Assembly (NCBI GenBank): GCA_951406725.2
Contig: OX597822.1
Location: 117,118,001 to 117,182,000, forward strand
Reading direction: 5' to 3'
DNA from: Octopus vulgaris
Taxonomy: Eukaryota
DNA: 64,000 nt
In this document: in pieces, positions 26,424 through 40,000 of the stretch
Layout of the letters: each line of letters opens with the position of its first letter
Numbering within the stretch: the first letter of the stretch is position 1
Notes under the pieces: model-generated
Seen by the model: only the letters and a program-made list of their open reading frames with translations
Database searches by the model: none
Told to the model about the DNA's origin: nothing
Made by a program: the position numbers and the translations under genes

Positions 26424-26972
26424 AGGTGCAATGGCTCAGTGGTTAGGGCAGCGGACTCATGGTCATAGGATTGCGGTTTCAATTCCCAGACCGGGCGTTG
26501 TGAGTTTTTATTGAGCGAAAACACCCAAAGCTCCACGAGGCTCCTGCAGGGTGGGGGCGATCCCTGCTGTACTCTTTCACCGCAACATTCTCTCACTCTT
26601 TCTTCTGTTGGCCTGCTCGCTTAGCCTGCAGGGTGACATCATTTGAAGGCTAAAACAATGCAAAGCGTATTGTGACCAGCGGTGTGTAGCAATATCTGAT
26701 AGCCTGGTCAGTTACGGTGATCACGGTGATATATATATATATATATAATTAATCAATATAGGGTGGCAAAAAAAATTTTGTAGAATTCTTTTGCCACCAG
26801 CGGCCTAGTAGGAAAAAATTAAAATAGTCATAGACCATTTTTAAGTTCAACATCAACAATAAAGGAACGGCCATAATAGGCCATTCACCCACTAGAAATA
26901 ACATCCAAAGCTTCAACCGCAAATAAAAGTTAATTCAGTAAACCAGGAGAAAATTTAAAAAACATTTACCCT

Positions 26973-27027
<55 letters not shown>

Positions 27028-27191
27028 CCACACACACTCACAAATATAAGCACATGTGAGTATGTGCAGTGTGGTTGGTGTTAGGAAGGACATTCAGCTG
27101 TAAAAACCCTGTCAGCTTCTGTGAACTGTTCTACCCATGCATGGAAGACGGACATTAAATGACGACGATGATGATATATATGTATATATAC
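24527..27191 (+). repeat. Head-to-tail tandem duplication of ~1.33 kb (24527-25859 / 25860-27191)
   Basis: Both copies begin CAAAGATAGCCATCATGCACCAGG and differ mainly in microsatellite lengths. Confidence 0.95.
25094..25401 (+). mobile_element. SINE family C, tail type 2 (duplicated at 26421-26729)
   Basis: GAGGTGCAATGGCTCAGTGG...GGTTTCAATTCC head; tail ...CGGTGATCACGGTGA. Confidence 0.85.
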
Positions 27192-27274
27192 ACACACACA
27201 CACAGGTGAGCACATAAATACAAAGCAAGGTAGATAAAATAGTACTTGAATACCAAAGGGAGAGTAGTAGAACA

Positions 27275-27456
27275 ATATACAATTTTATTGAAGCGAAAAA
27301 AACTTTACAGATTGCTACTCAGAGCTTCATACAGGCCATTCATCCAACAGATGAGGAAATTCAGACTGAATTATTACAATTGTCAGATGAATAGTAATGT
27401 GAAACTCTGAGTAACAGTTTGTGAAACCCATTTTTGGCTTCAATAAAATAGTATAT
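27275..27456. mobile_element. Short fold-back element with a decayed hammerhead motif in each arm
   Basis: TTTTATTGAAGC...ATTCATC vs GATGAAT...GCTTCAATAAAA; right arm UUGU-CAGAUGA-...-GAAACUCUGAGUA|ACAG. Confidence 0.55.
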
Positions 27457-28055
27457 ATGTATATATCTAGATTCACTTGAATTAGGTACTTAAGTTGAAG
27501 CACCAAGTCAGTCTGGTATTATCCATACAGCTTGAAGTAAGGTGAATAAAATCAAACTAAGCCACAGGATATCAAGTAGTAATGTAGTACGACAGTTTCA
27601 AGTGGTTCCATTTAATTTGACAATGCAATCATTACATCAATTTAAATGCAGTGCTATCTTCAGTTGCACAAAATATAGAAGTTTTTAACAAGTAGGACAC
27701 ATTGACATAATTTTTCTTAAATATTTTAACAGAGTAAGAAGATGGGAGAAATTGATGTTGTTGCTATTGTAGCAAAGTGGCTAAGAATAGACTACAATTT
27801 CTTAGAATCGCATGGAGCATAGTGGGATCGTAGGGTTGTAAGGGTTGTAATTCATTTCTAATTTATTTATCTCTTTATCCTATTTTAAATCTGAGTCTAG
27901 AAAACTGAGTGACTATTTTGAATAAAGAAGAAGAGTGAGTTGACAGCTGATGGCTGGCTATTGGTCATGAATATTATCATAGGTATCCCTTTTCCCCAAG
28001 AGGTCCTGTTTCCTCAAGAGAAAGGAAATAAGACATTAGGAAGATGACTCCAAAA

Positions 28056-31000
28056 GTGTAGTGGGTGCTTTTTATGTGCCACCGGCATGGGGACCAGTCA
28101 GGTGGTATTTGCATCGACCATGCTCAAATGGTGCTTTTTACATGTCACCAGCACAGGAGCCAGTCAAGCAGCACTGGCATTGGCCATGCTCAAATGGTGC
28201 TTTTTACATGTCACCGGCACAGGAGCCAGTCAAGCAGCACTGGCATTGGCCATGCTCAAATGGTGCTTTTTACATCAAGTCACCCATGCTCAAATGGTGC
28301 ACAGGAGCCAGTCAAGCAGCACTGGCATTGGCCATGCTCAAATGGTGCTTTTTACATGTCACCGGCACAGGAGCCAGTCAAGCAGCACTGGCATTGGCCA
28401 TGCTCAAATGGTGCTTTTTACATGTCACCGGCACAGGAGCCAGTCAAGCAGCACTGGCATTGGCCATGCTCAAATGGTGCTTTTTACATGTCACCGCACA
28501 GGAGCCAGTCAAGCACACTGCATTGGCAGTGGCAATGCAAATGGTGCTTTACATGTCACCCACAGGAGCCAGTCAAGCAGCACTGGCATTGGCCATGCTC
28601 AAATGGTGCTTTTTACATGTCACCGGCACAGGAGCCAGTCAAGCAGCACTGGCATTGGCCATGCTCAAATGGTGCTTTTTACATGTCACCGGCACAGGAG
28701 CCAGTCAAGCAGCACTGGCATTGGCCATGCTCAAATGGTGCTTTTTACATGTCACCAGCACAGGAGCCAGTCAAGCAGCACTGGCATTGGCCATGCTCAA
28801 ATGGTGCTTTTTACATGTCACCGGCACAGGAGCCAGTCAAGCAGCACTGGCATTGGCCATGCTCAAATGGTGCTTTTTACATGTCACCGGCACAGGAGCC
28901 AGTCAAGCAGCACTGGCATTGGCCATGCTCAAATGGTGCTTTTTACATGTCACCGGCACAGGAGCCAGTCAAGCAGCACTGGCATTGGCCATGCTCAAAT
29001 GGTGCTTTTTACATGTCACCAGCACAGGAGCCAGTCAAGCAGCACTGGCATTGACCATGCTCAAATGGTGCTTTTTACATGTCACCAGCACAGGAGCCAG
29101 TCAAGCAGCACTGGCATTGGCCATGCTCAAATGGTGCTTTTTACATGTCACCAGCACAGGAGCCAGTCAAGCAGCACTGGCATTGGCCATGCTCAAATGG
29201 TGCTTTTTACATGTCACCAGCACAGGAGCCAGTCAAGCAGCACTGGCATTGGCCAAGCTCAAATGGTGCTTTTTACATGTCACCAGCACAGGAGCCAGTC
29301 AAGCAGCACTGGCATTGGCCATGCTCAAATGGTGCTTTTTACATGTCACCGGCACAGGAGCCAGTCAAGCAGCACTGGCATTGGCCATGCTCAAATGGTG
29401 CTTTTTACATGTCACCGGCACAGGAGCCAGTCAAGCAGCACTGGCATTGGCCATGCTCAAATGGTGCTTTTTACATGTCACCAGCACAGGAGCCAGTCAA
29501 GCAGCACTGGCATTGGCCATGCTCAAATGGTGCTTTTTACATGTCACCAGCACAGGAGCACAGTCAAGCAGCACTGGCATTGGCCATGCTCAAATGGTGC
29601 TTTTTACATGTCACCGGCACAGGAGCCAGTCAAGCAGCACTGGCATTGGCCATGCTCAAATGGTGCTTTTTACATGTCACCAGCACAGGAGCCAGTCAAG
29701 CAGCACTGGCATTGGCCATGCTCAAATGGTGCTTTTTACATGTCACCGGCACAGGAGCCAGTCAAGCAGCACTGGCATTGGCCATGCTCAAATGGTGCTT
29801 TTTACATGTCACCGGCACAGGAGCCAGTCAAGCAGCACTGGCATTGGCCATGCTCAAATGGTGCTTTTTACATGTCACCAGCACAGGAGCCAGTCAAGCA
29901 GCACTGGCATTGGCCATGCTCAAATGGTGCTTTTTACATGTCACCGGCACAGGAGCCAGTCAAGCAGCACTGGCATTGGCCATGCTCAAATGGTGCTTTT
30001 TACATGTCACCAGGCACAGGAGCCAGTCAAGCAGCACTGGCATTGGCCATGCTCAAATGGTGCTTTTTACATGTCACCGGCACAGGAGCCAGTCAAGCAG
30101 CACTGGCATTGGCCATGCTCAAATGGTGCTTTTACATGTCACCACAGCACAGGAGCCAGTCAAGCAGCACTGGCATTGGCCATGCTCAAATGGTGCTTTT
30201 TACATGTCACCAGCACAGGAGCCAGTCAAGCAGCACTGGCATTGGCCATGCTCAAATGGTGCTTTTTACATGTCACCAGCACAGGAGCCAGTCAAGCAGC
30301 ACTGGCATTGGCCATGCTCAAATGGTGCTTTTTACATGTCACCAGCACAGGAGCCAGTCAAGCAGCACTGGCATTGCACCATGCTCAAATGGTGCTTTTA
30401 CATGTCACCAGCACAGGAGCCAGTCAAGCAGCACTGGCATTGGCCATGCTCAAATGGTGCTTTTTGTCACAGACAGGACAGGAGCCAGTCAAGCAGCACT
30501 GGCATTGGCCATGCTCAAATGGTGCTTTTACATGTCACCAGCACAGGAGCCAGTCAAGCAGCACTGGCATTGGCCATGCTCAAATGGTGCTTTTACATGT
30601 CACCAGCACAGGAGCCAGTCAAGCAGCACTGGCATTGGCCATGCTCAAATGGTGCTTTTTACATGTCACCAGCACAGGAGCCAGTCAAGCAGCACTGGCA
30701 TTGGCCATGCTCAAATGGTGCTTTTTACATGTCACCAGGCACAGGAGCCAGTCAAGCAGCACTGGCATTGGCCATGCTCAAATGGTGCTTTTTACATGTC
30801 ACCAGCACAGGAGCCAGTCAAGCAGCACTGGCATTGGCCATGCTCAAATGGTGCTTTTTACATGTCACCAGCACAGGAGCCAGTCAAGCAGCACTGGCAT
30901 TGGTGCTTTTTACATGTCACAAAGCCAGTGGCACTGCTTGGCCATGCTCAAATACATGTCACCGGCACAGGAGCCAGTCAAGCAGCACTGGCATTGGCCA

Positions 31001-34000
31001 TGCTCAAATGGTGCTTTTTACATGTCACCAGCACAGGAGCCAGTCAAGCAGCACTGGCATTGGCCATGCTCAAATGGTGCTTTTTACATGTCACCAGCAC
31101 AGGAGCCAGTCAAGCAGCACTGGCATTGGCCATGCTCAAATGGTGCTTTTTACATGTCACCAGCACAGGAGCCAGTCAAGCAGCACTGGCATTGGCCATG
31201 CTCAAATGGTGCTTTTTACATGTCACCAGCACAGGAGCCAGTCAAGCAGCACTGGCATTGGCCATGCTCAAATGGTGCTGTCAAATGGTGCTTTTTACAT
31301 GTCACCAGCACAGGAGCCAGTCAAGCAGCACTGGCATTGGCCATGCTCAAATGGTGCTTTTTACATGTCACCGGCACAGGAGCCAGTCAAGCAGCACTGG
31401 CATTGGCCATGCTCAAATGGTGCTTTTTACATGTCACCGGCACAGGAGCCAGTCAAGCAGCACTGGCATTGGCCATGCTCAAATGGTGCTTTTTACATGT
31501 CACCAGCACAGGAGCCAGTCAAGCAGCACTGGCATTGACCATGCTCAAATGGTGCTTTTTACATGTCACCAGCACAGGAGCCAGTCAAGCAGCACTGGCA
31601 TTGGCCATGCTCAAATGGTGCTTTTACATGTCACCAGCACAGGAGCCAGTCAAGCAGCACTGGCATTGGCCATGCTCAAATGGTGCTTTTTACATGTCAC
31701 CAGCACAGGAGCCAGTCAAGCAGCACTGGCATTGGCCATGCTCAAATGGTGCTTTTTACATGTCACCAGCACAGGAGCCAGTCAAGCAGCACTGGCATTG
31801 GCCATGCTCAAATGGTGCTTTTTACATGTCACCAGCACAGGAGCCAGTCAAGCAGCACTGGCATTGGCCATGCTCAAATGGTGCTTTTTACATGTCACCA
31901 GCACAGGAGCCAGTCAAGCAGCACTGGCATTGGCCATGCTCAAATGGTGCTTTTTACATGTCACCAGCACAGGAGCCAGTCAAGCAGCACTGGCATTGGC
32001 CATGCTCAAATGGTGCTTTTTACATGTCACCAGCACAGGAGCCAGTCAAGCAGCACTGGCATTGGCCATGCTCAAATGGTGCTTTTTACATGTCACCAGC
32101 ACAGGAGCCAGTCAAGCAGCACTGGCATTGGCCATGCTCAAATGGTGCTTTTTACATGTCACCGGCACAGGAGCCAGTCAAGCAGCACTGGCATTGGCCA
32201 TGCTCAAATGGTGCTTTTTACATGTCACCAGCACAGGAGCCAGTCAAGCAGCACTGGCATTGGCCATGCTCAAATGGTGCTTTTTACATGTCACCAGCAC
32301 AGGAGCCAGTCAAGCAGCACTGGCATTGACCATGCTCAAATGGTGCTTTTTACATGTCACCAGCACAGGAGCCAGTCAAGCAGCACTGGCATTGACCATG
32401 CTCAAATGGTGCTTTTTACATGTCACCAGCACAGGAGCCAGTCAAGCAGCACTGGCATTGACCATGCTCAAATGGTGCTTTTTACATGTCACCAGCACAG
32501 GAGCCAGTCAAGCAGCACTGGCATTGGCCATGCTCAAATGGTGCTTTTACATGTCACCGGCACAGGAGCCAGTCAAGCAGCACTGGCATTGACCATGCTC
32601 AAATGGTGCTTTTTACATGTCACCAGCACAGGAGCCAGTCAAGCAGCACTGGCATTGACCATGCTCAAATGGTGCTTTTTACATGTCACCAGCACAGGAG
32701 CCAGTCAAGCAGCACTGGCATTGACCATGCTCAAATGGTGCTTTTTACATGTCACCAGCACAGGAGCCAGTCAAGCAGCACTGGCATTGGCCATGCTCAA
32801 ATGGTGCTTTTTACATGTCACCGGCACAGGAGCCAGTCAAGCAGCACTGGCATTGGCCATGCTCAAATGGTGCTTTTTACACGTCACTGGCACAGGAGCC
32901 AGTCAAGCAGCACTGGCATTGACCATGCTCAAATGGTGCTTTTTACATGTCACCAGGCACAGGAGCCAGTCAAGGAGCACTGGCATTGACCATGCTCAAA
33001 TGGTGCTTTTTACATGTCACCGGCACAGGAGCCAGTCAAGCAGCACTGGCATTGACCATGCTCAAATGGTGCTTTTTACATGTCACCGGCACAGGAGCCA
33101 GTCAAGCAGCACTGGCATTGGCCATGCTCAAATGGTGCTTTTTACATGTCACCGGCACAGGAGCCAGTCAAGCAGCACTGGCATTGGCCATGCTCAAATG
33201 GTGCTTTTTACATGTCACCGGCACAGGAGCCAGTCAAGCAGCACTGGCATTGGCCATGCTCAAATGGTGCTTTTTATGTGTCACTGGCATGGGAGCCAGT
33301 TAGGCAACACTGGCATTGGCCATGCTCAAATGGTGCTTTTTACATGTCACCAGCACAGGAGCCAGTCAAGCAGCACTGGCATTGGCCATGCTCAAATGGT
33401 GCTTTTTACATGTCACCGGCACAGGAGCCAGTCAAGCAGCACTGGCATTGGCCATGCTCAAATGGTGCTTTTTACATGTCACCAGCACAGGAGCCAGTCA
33501 AGCAGCACTGGCATTGACCATGCTCAAATGGTGCTTTTTACATGTCACCAGCACAGGAGCCAGTCAAGCAGCACTGGCATTGACCATGCTCAAATGGTGC
33601 TTTTTACATGTCACCAGCACAGGAGCCAGTCAAGCAGCACTGGCATTGGCCATGCTCAAATGGTGCTTTTTACATGTCACCGGCACAGGAGCCAGTCAAG
33701 CAGCACTGGCATTGACCATGCTCAAATGGTGCTTTTTACATGTCACCAGCACAGGAGCCAGTCAAGCAGCACTGGCATTGGCCATGCTCAAATGGTGCTT
33801 TTTGTCACATGTCACCGGCACAGGAGCCAGTCAAGCAGCACTGGCATTGGCCATGCTCAAATGGTGCTTTTTACATGTCACCGGCACAGGAGCCAGTCAA
33901 GCAGCACTGGCATTGGCCATGCTCAAATGGTGCTTTTTACATGTCACCAGGCACAGGAGCCAGTCAAGCAGCACTGGCATTGACCATGCTCAAATGGTGC

Positions 34001-37000
34001 TTTTTACATGTCACCGGCACAGGAGCCAGTCAAGCAGCACTGGCATTGACCATGCTCAAATGGTGCTTTTACATGTCACCAGCACAGGAGCCAGTCAAGC
34101 AGCACTGGCATTGGCCATGCTCAAATGGTGCTTTTTACATGTCACCGGCACAGGAGCCAGTCAAGCAGCACTGGCATTGGCCATGCTCAAATGGTGCTTT
34201 TTACATGTCACCGGCACAGGAGCCAGTCAAGCAGCACTGGCATTGACCATGCTCAAATGGTGCTTTTTACATGTCACCGGCACAGGAGCCAGTCAAGCAG
34301 CACTGGCATTGGCCATGCTCAAATGGTGCTTTTTACATGTCACCAGCACAGGAGCCAGTCAAGCAGCACTGGCATTGGCCATGCTCAAATGGTGCTTTTT
34401 ACATGTCACCAGCACAGGAGCCAGTCAAGCAGCACTGGCATTGGCCATGCTCAAATGGTGCTTTTTACATGTCACCAGCACAGGAGCCAGTCAAGCAGCA
34501 CTGGCATTGGCCATGCTCAAATGGTGCTTTTTACATGTCACCGGCACAGGAGCCAGTCAAGCAGCACTGGCATTGGCCATGCTCAAATGGTGCTTTTTAC
34601 ATGTCACCAGCACAGGAGCCAGTCAAGCAGCACTGGCATTGGCCATGCTCAAATGGTGCTTTTTACATGTCACCAGCACAGGAGCCAGTCAAGCAGCACT
34701 GGCATTGACCATGCTCAAATGGTGCTTTTTACATGTCACCGGCACAGGAGCCAGTCAAGCAGCACTGGCATTGGCCATGCTCAAATGGTGCTTTTTACAT
34801 GTCACCGGCACAGGAGCCAGTCAAGCAGCACTGGCATTGGCCATGCTCAAATGGTGCTTTTTACATGTCACCAGCACAGGAGCCAGTCAAGCAGCACTGG
34901 CATTGGCCATGCTCAAATGGTGCTTTTTACATGTCACCAGCACAGGAGCCAGTCAAGCAGCACTGGCATTGGCCATGCTCAAATCAAATGGTGCTTTTTC
35001 ACATGTCACCGGCACAGGAGCCAGTCAAGCAGCACTGGCATTGGCCATGCTCAAATGGTGCTTTTTACATGTCACCAGCACAGGAGCCAGTCAAGCAGCA
35101 CTGGCATTGACCATGCTCAAATGGTGCTTTTTACATGTCACCGGCACAGGAGCCAGTCAAGCAGCACTGGCATTGGCCATGCTCAAATGGTGCTTTTTAC
35201 ATGTCACCAGCACAGGAGCCAGTCAAGCAGCACTGGCATTGGCCATGCTCAAATGGTGCTTTTTACATGTCACCGGCACAGGAGCCAGTCAAGCAGCACT
35301 GGCATTGGCCATGCTCAAATGGTGCTTTTTACATGTCACCAGCACAGGAGCCAGTCAAGCAGCACTGGCATTGACCATGCTCAAATGGTGCTTTTTACAT
35401 GTCACCAGCACAGGAGCCAGTCAAGCAGCACTGGCATTGACCATGCTCAAATGGTGCTTTTTACATGTCACCAGCACAGGAGCCAGTCAAGCAGCACTGG
35501 CATTGACCATGCTCAAATGGTGCTTTTTACATGTCACCGGCACAGGAGCCAGTCAAGCAGCACTGGCATTGGCCATGCTCAAATGGTGCTTTTTACATGT
35601 CACCAGCACAGGAGCCAGTCAAGCAGCACTGGCATTGGCCATGCTCAAATGGTGCTTTTTACATGTCACCAGCACAGGAGCCAGTCAAGCAGCACTGGCA
35701 TTGGCCATGCTCAAATGGTGCTTTTTACATGTCACCAGCACAGGAGCCAGTCAAGCAGCACTGGCATTGGCCATGCTCAAATGGTGCTTTTTACATGTCA
35801 CCGGCACAGGAGCCAGTCAAGCAGCACTGGCATTGACCATGCTCAAATGGTGCTTTTTACATGTCACCAGCACAGGAGCCAGTCAAGCAGCACTGGCATT
35901 GGCCATGCTCAAATGGTGCTTTTTACATGTCACCGGCACAGGAGCCAGTCAAGCAGCACTGGCATTGACCATGCTCAAATGGTGCTTTTTACATGTCACC
36001 AGCACAGGAGCCAGTCAAGCAGCACTGGCATTGGCCATGCTCAAATGGTGCTTTTTACATGTCACCGGCACAGGAGCCAGTCAAGCAGCACTGGCATTGA
36101 CCATGCTCAAATGGTGCTTTTTACATGTCACCGGCACAGGAGCCAGTCAAGCAGCACTGGCATTGACCATGCTCAAATGGTGCTTTTTACATGTCACCAG
36201 CACAGGAGCCAGTCAAGCAGCACTGGCATTGGCCAATGCTCAAATGGTGCTTTTTACATGTCACCGGCACAGGAGCCAGTCAAGCAGCACTGGCATTGGC
36301 CATGCTCAAATGGTGCTTTTTACATGTCACCAGCACAGGAGCCAGTCAAGCAGCACTGGCATTGACCATGCTCAAATGGTGCTTTTTACATGTCACCGGC
36401 ACAGGAGCCAGTCAAGCAGCACTGGCATTGACCATGCTCAAATGGTGCTTTTTACATGTCACCGGCACAGGAGCCAGTCAAGCAGCACTGGCATTGGCCA
36501 TGCTCAAATGGTGCTTTGGCCATGCATGTCACCAGCACAGGAGCCAGTCAAGCAGCACTGGCATTGGCCATGCTCAAATGGTGCTTTTTACATGTCACCA
36601 GCACAGGAGCCAGTCAAGCAGCACTGGCATTGGCCATGCTCAAATGGTGCTTTTTACATGTCACCGGCACAGGAGCCAGTCAAGCAGCACTGGCATTGGC
36701 CATGCTCAAATGGTGCTTTTTACATGTCACCGGCACAGGAGCCAGTCAAGCAGCACTGGCATTGGCCATGCTCAAATGGTGCTTTTTACATGTCACCAGC
36801 ACAGGAGCCAGTCAAGCAGCACTGGCATTGACCATGCTCAAATGGTGCTTTTTACATGTCACCGGCACAGGAGCCAGTCAAGCAGCACTGGCATTGGCCA
36901 TGCTCAAATGGTGCTTTTTACATGTCACCGGCACAGGAGCCAGTCAAGCAGCACTGGCATTGGCCATGCTCAAATGGTGCTTTTTACATGTCACCAGCAC

Positions 37001-40000
37001 AGGAGCCAGTCAAGCAGCACTGGCATTGGCCATGCTCAAATGGTGCTTTTTACATGTCACCAGCACAGGAGCCAGTCAAGCAGCACTGGCATTGGCCATG
37101 CTCAAATGGTGCTTTTTACATGTCACCAGGCACAGGAGCCAGTCAAGCAGCACTGGCATTGGCCATGCTCAAATGGTGCTTTTTACATGTCACCGGCACA
37201 GGAGCCAGTCAAGCAGCACTGGCATTGACCATGCTCAAATGGTGCTTTTTACATGTCACCGGCACAGGAGCCAGTCAAGCAGCACTGGCATTGGCCATGC
37301 TCAAATGGTGCTTTTTACATGTCACCAGCACAGGAGCCAGTCAAGCAGCACTGGCATTGGCCATGCTCAAATGGTGCTTTTTACATGTCACCGCACAGGA
37401 GCCAGTCAAGCAGCACTGGCATTGGCCATGCTCAAATGGTGCTTTTTACATGTCACCAGCACAGGAGCCAGTCAAGCAGCACTGGCATTGGCCATGCTCA
37501 AATGGTGCTTTTTACATGTCACCAGCACAGGAGCCAGTCAAGCAGCACTGGCATTGGCCATGCTCAAATGGTGCTTTTTACATGTCACCAGCACAGGAGC
37601 CAGTCAAGCAGCACTGGCATTGACCATGCTCAAATGGTGCTTTTTACATGTCACCAGCACAGGAGCCAGTCAAGCAGCACTGGCATTGGCCATGCTCAAA
37701 TGGTGCTTTTTACATGTCACCAGCACAGGAGCCAGTCAAGCAGCACTGGCATTGACCATGCTCAAATGGTGCTTTTTACATGTCACCAGCACAGGAGCCA
37801 GTCAAGCAGCACTGGCATTGGCCATGCTCAAATGGTGCTTTTTACATGTCACCGGCACAGGAGCCAGTCAAGCAGCACTGGCATTGACCATGCTCAAATG
37901 GTGCTTTTTACATGTCACCGGCACAGGAGCCAGTCAAGCAGCACTGGCATTGGCCATGCTCAAATGGTGCTTTTTACATGTCACCGGCACAGGAGCCAGT
38001 CAAGCAGCACTGGCATTGGCCATGCTCAAATGGTGCTTTTTACATGTCACCAGCACAGGAGCCAGTCAAGCAGCACTGGCATTGGCCATGCTCAAATGGT
38101 GCTTTTTACATGTCACCAGCACAGGAGCCAGTCAAGCAGCACTGGCATTGACCATGCTCAAATGGTGCTTTTTACATGTCACCAGCACAGGAGCCAGTCA
38201 AGCAGCACTGGCATTGACCATGCTCAAATGGTGCTTTTTACATGTCACCAGCACAGGAGCCAGTCAAGCAGCACTGGCATTGACCATGCTCAAATGGTGC
38301 TTTTTACATGTCACCGGCACAGGAGCCAGTCAAGCAGCACTGGCATTGGCCATGCTCAAATGGTGCTTTTTACATGTCACCAGCACAGGAGCCAGTCAAG
38401 CAGCACTGGCATTGGCCATGCTCAAATGGTGCTTTTACATGTCACCGGCACAGGAGCCAGTCAAGCAGCACTGGCATTGACCATGCTCAAATGGTGCTTT
38501 TTACATGTCACTGGCACAGGAGCCAGTCAAGCAGCACTGGCATTGGCCATGCTCAAATGGTGCTTTTTACATGTCACCGGCACAGGAGCCAGTCAAGCAG
38601 CACTGGCATTGACCATGCTCAAATGGTGCTTTTTACATGTCACCAGCACAGGAGCCAGTCAAGCAGCACTGGCATTGACCATGCTCAAATGGTGCTTTTT
38701 ACATGTCACCAGCACAGGAGCCAGTCAAGCAGCACTGGCATTGACCAAGCTCAAATGGTGCTTTTTACATGTCACCAGCACAGGAGCCAGTCAAGCAGCA
38801 CTGGCATTGACCAAGCTCAAATGGTGCTTTTTACATGTCACCGGCACAGGAGCCAGTCAAGCAGCACTGGCATTGACCATGCTCAAATGGTGCTTTTTAC
38901 ATGTCACCAGCACAGGAGCCAGTCAAGCAGCACTGGCATTGGCCATGCTCAAATGGTGCTTTTTACATGTCACCGGCACAGGAGCCAGTCAAGCAGCACT
39001 GGCATTGACCATGCTCAAATGGTGCTTTTTACATGTCACCAGCACAGGAGCCAGTCAAGCAGCACTGGCATTGACCATGCTCAAATGGTGCTTTTTACAT
39101 GTCACCAGCACAGGAGCCAGTCAAGCAGCACTGGCATTGACCATGCTCAAATGGTGCTTTTTACATGTCACCGGCACAGGAGCCAGTCAAGCAGCACTGG
39201 CATTGGCCATGCTCAAATGGTGCTTTTTACATGTCACCAGCACAGGAGCCAGTCAAGCAGCACTGGCATTGGCCATGCTCAAATGGTGCTTTTTACATGT
39301 CACCAGCACAGGAGCCAGTCAAGCAGCACTGGCATTGACCATGCTCAAATGGTGCTTTTTACATGTCACCGGCACAGGAGCCAGTCAAGCAGCACTGGCA
39401 TTGGCCATGCTCAAATGGTGCTTTTTACATGTCACCGGCACAGGAGCCAGTCAAGCAGCACTGGCATTGACCATGCTCAAATGGTGCTTTTTACATGTCA
39501 CCAGCACAGGAGCCAGTCAAGCAGCACTGGCATTGACCATGCTCAAATGGTGCTTTTTACATGTCACCAGGCACAGGAGCCAGTCAAGCAGCACTGGCAT
39601 TGGCCATGCTCAAATGGTGCTTTTTACATGTCACCAGCACAGGAGCCAGTCAAGCAGCACTGGCATTGACCAAGCTCAAATGGTGCTTTTTACATGTCAC
39701 CGGCACAGGAGCCAGTCAAGCAGCACTGGCATTGACCATGCTCAAATGGTGCTTTTTACATGTCACCAGCACAGGAGCCAGTCAAGCAGCACTGGCATTG
39801 GCCATGCTCAAATGGTGCTTTTTACATGTCACCGGCACAGGAGCCAGTCAAGCAGCACTGGCATTGGCCATGCTCAAATGGTGCTTTTTACATGTCACCA
39901 GCACAGGAGCCAGTGAAGCAGCACTGGCATTGACCAAGCTCAAATGGTGCTTTTTACATGTCACCGGCACAGGAGCCAGTCAAGCAGCACTGGCATTGAC

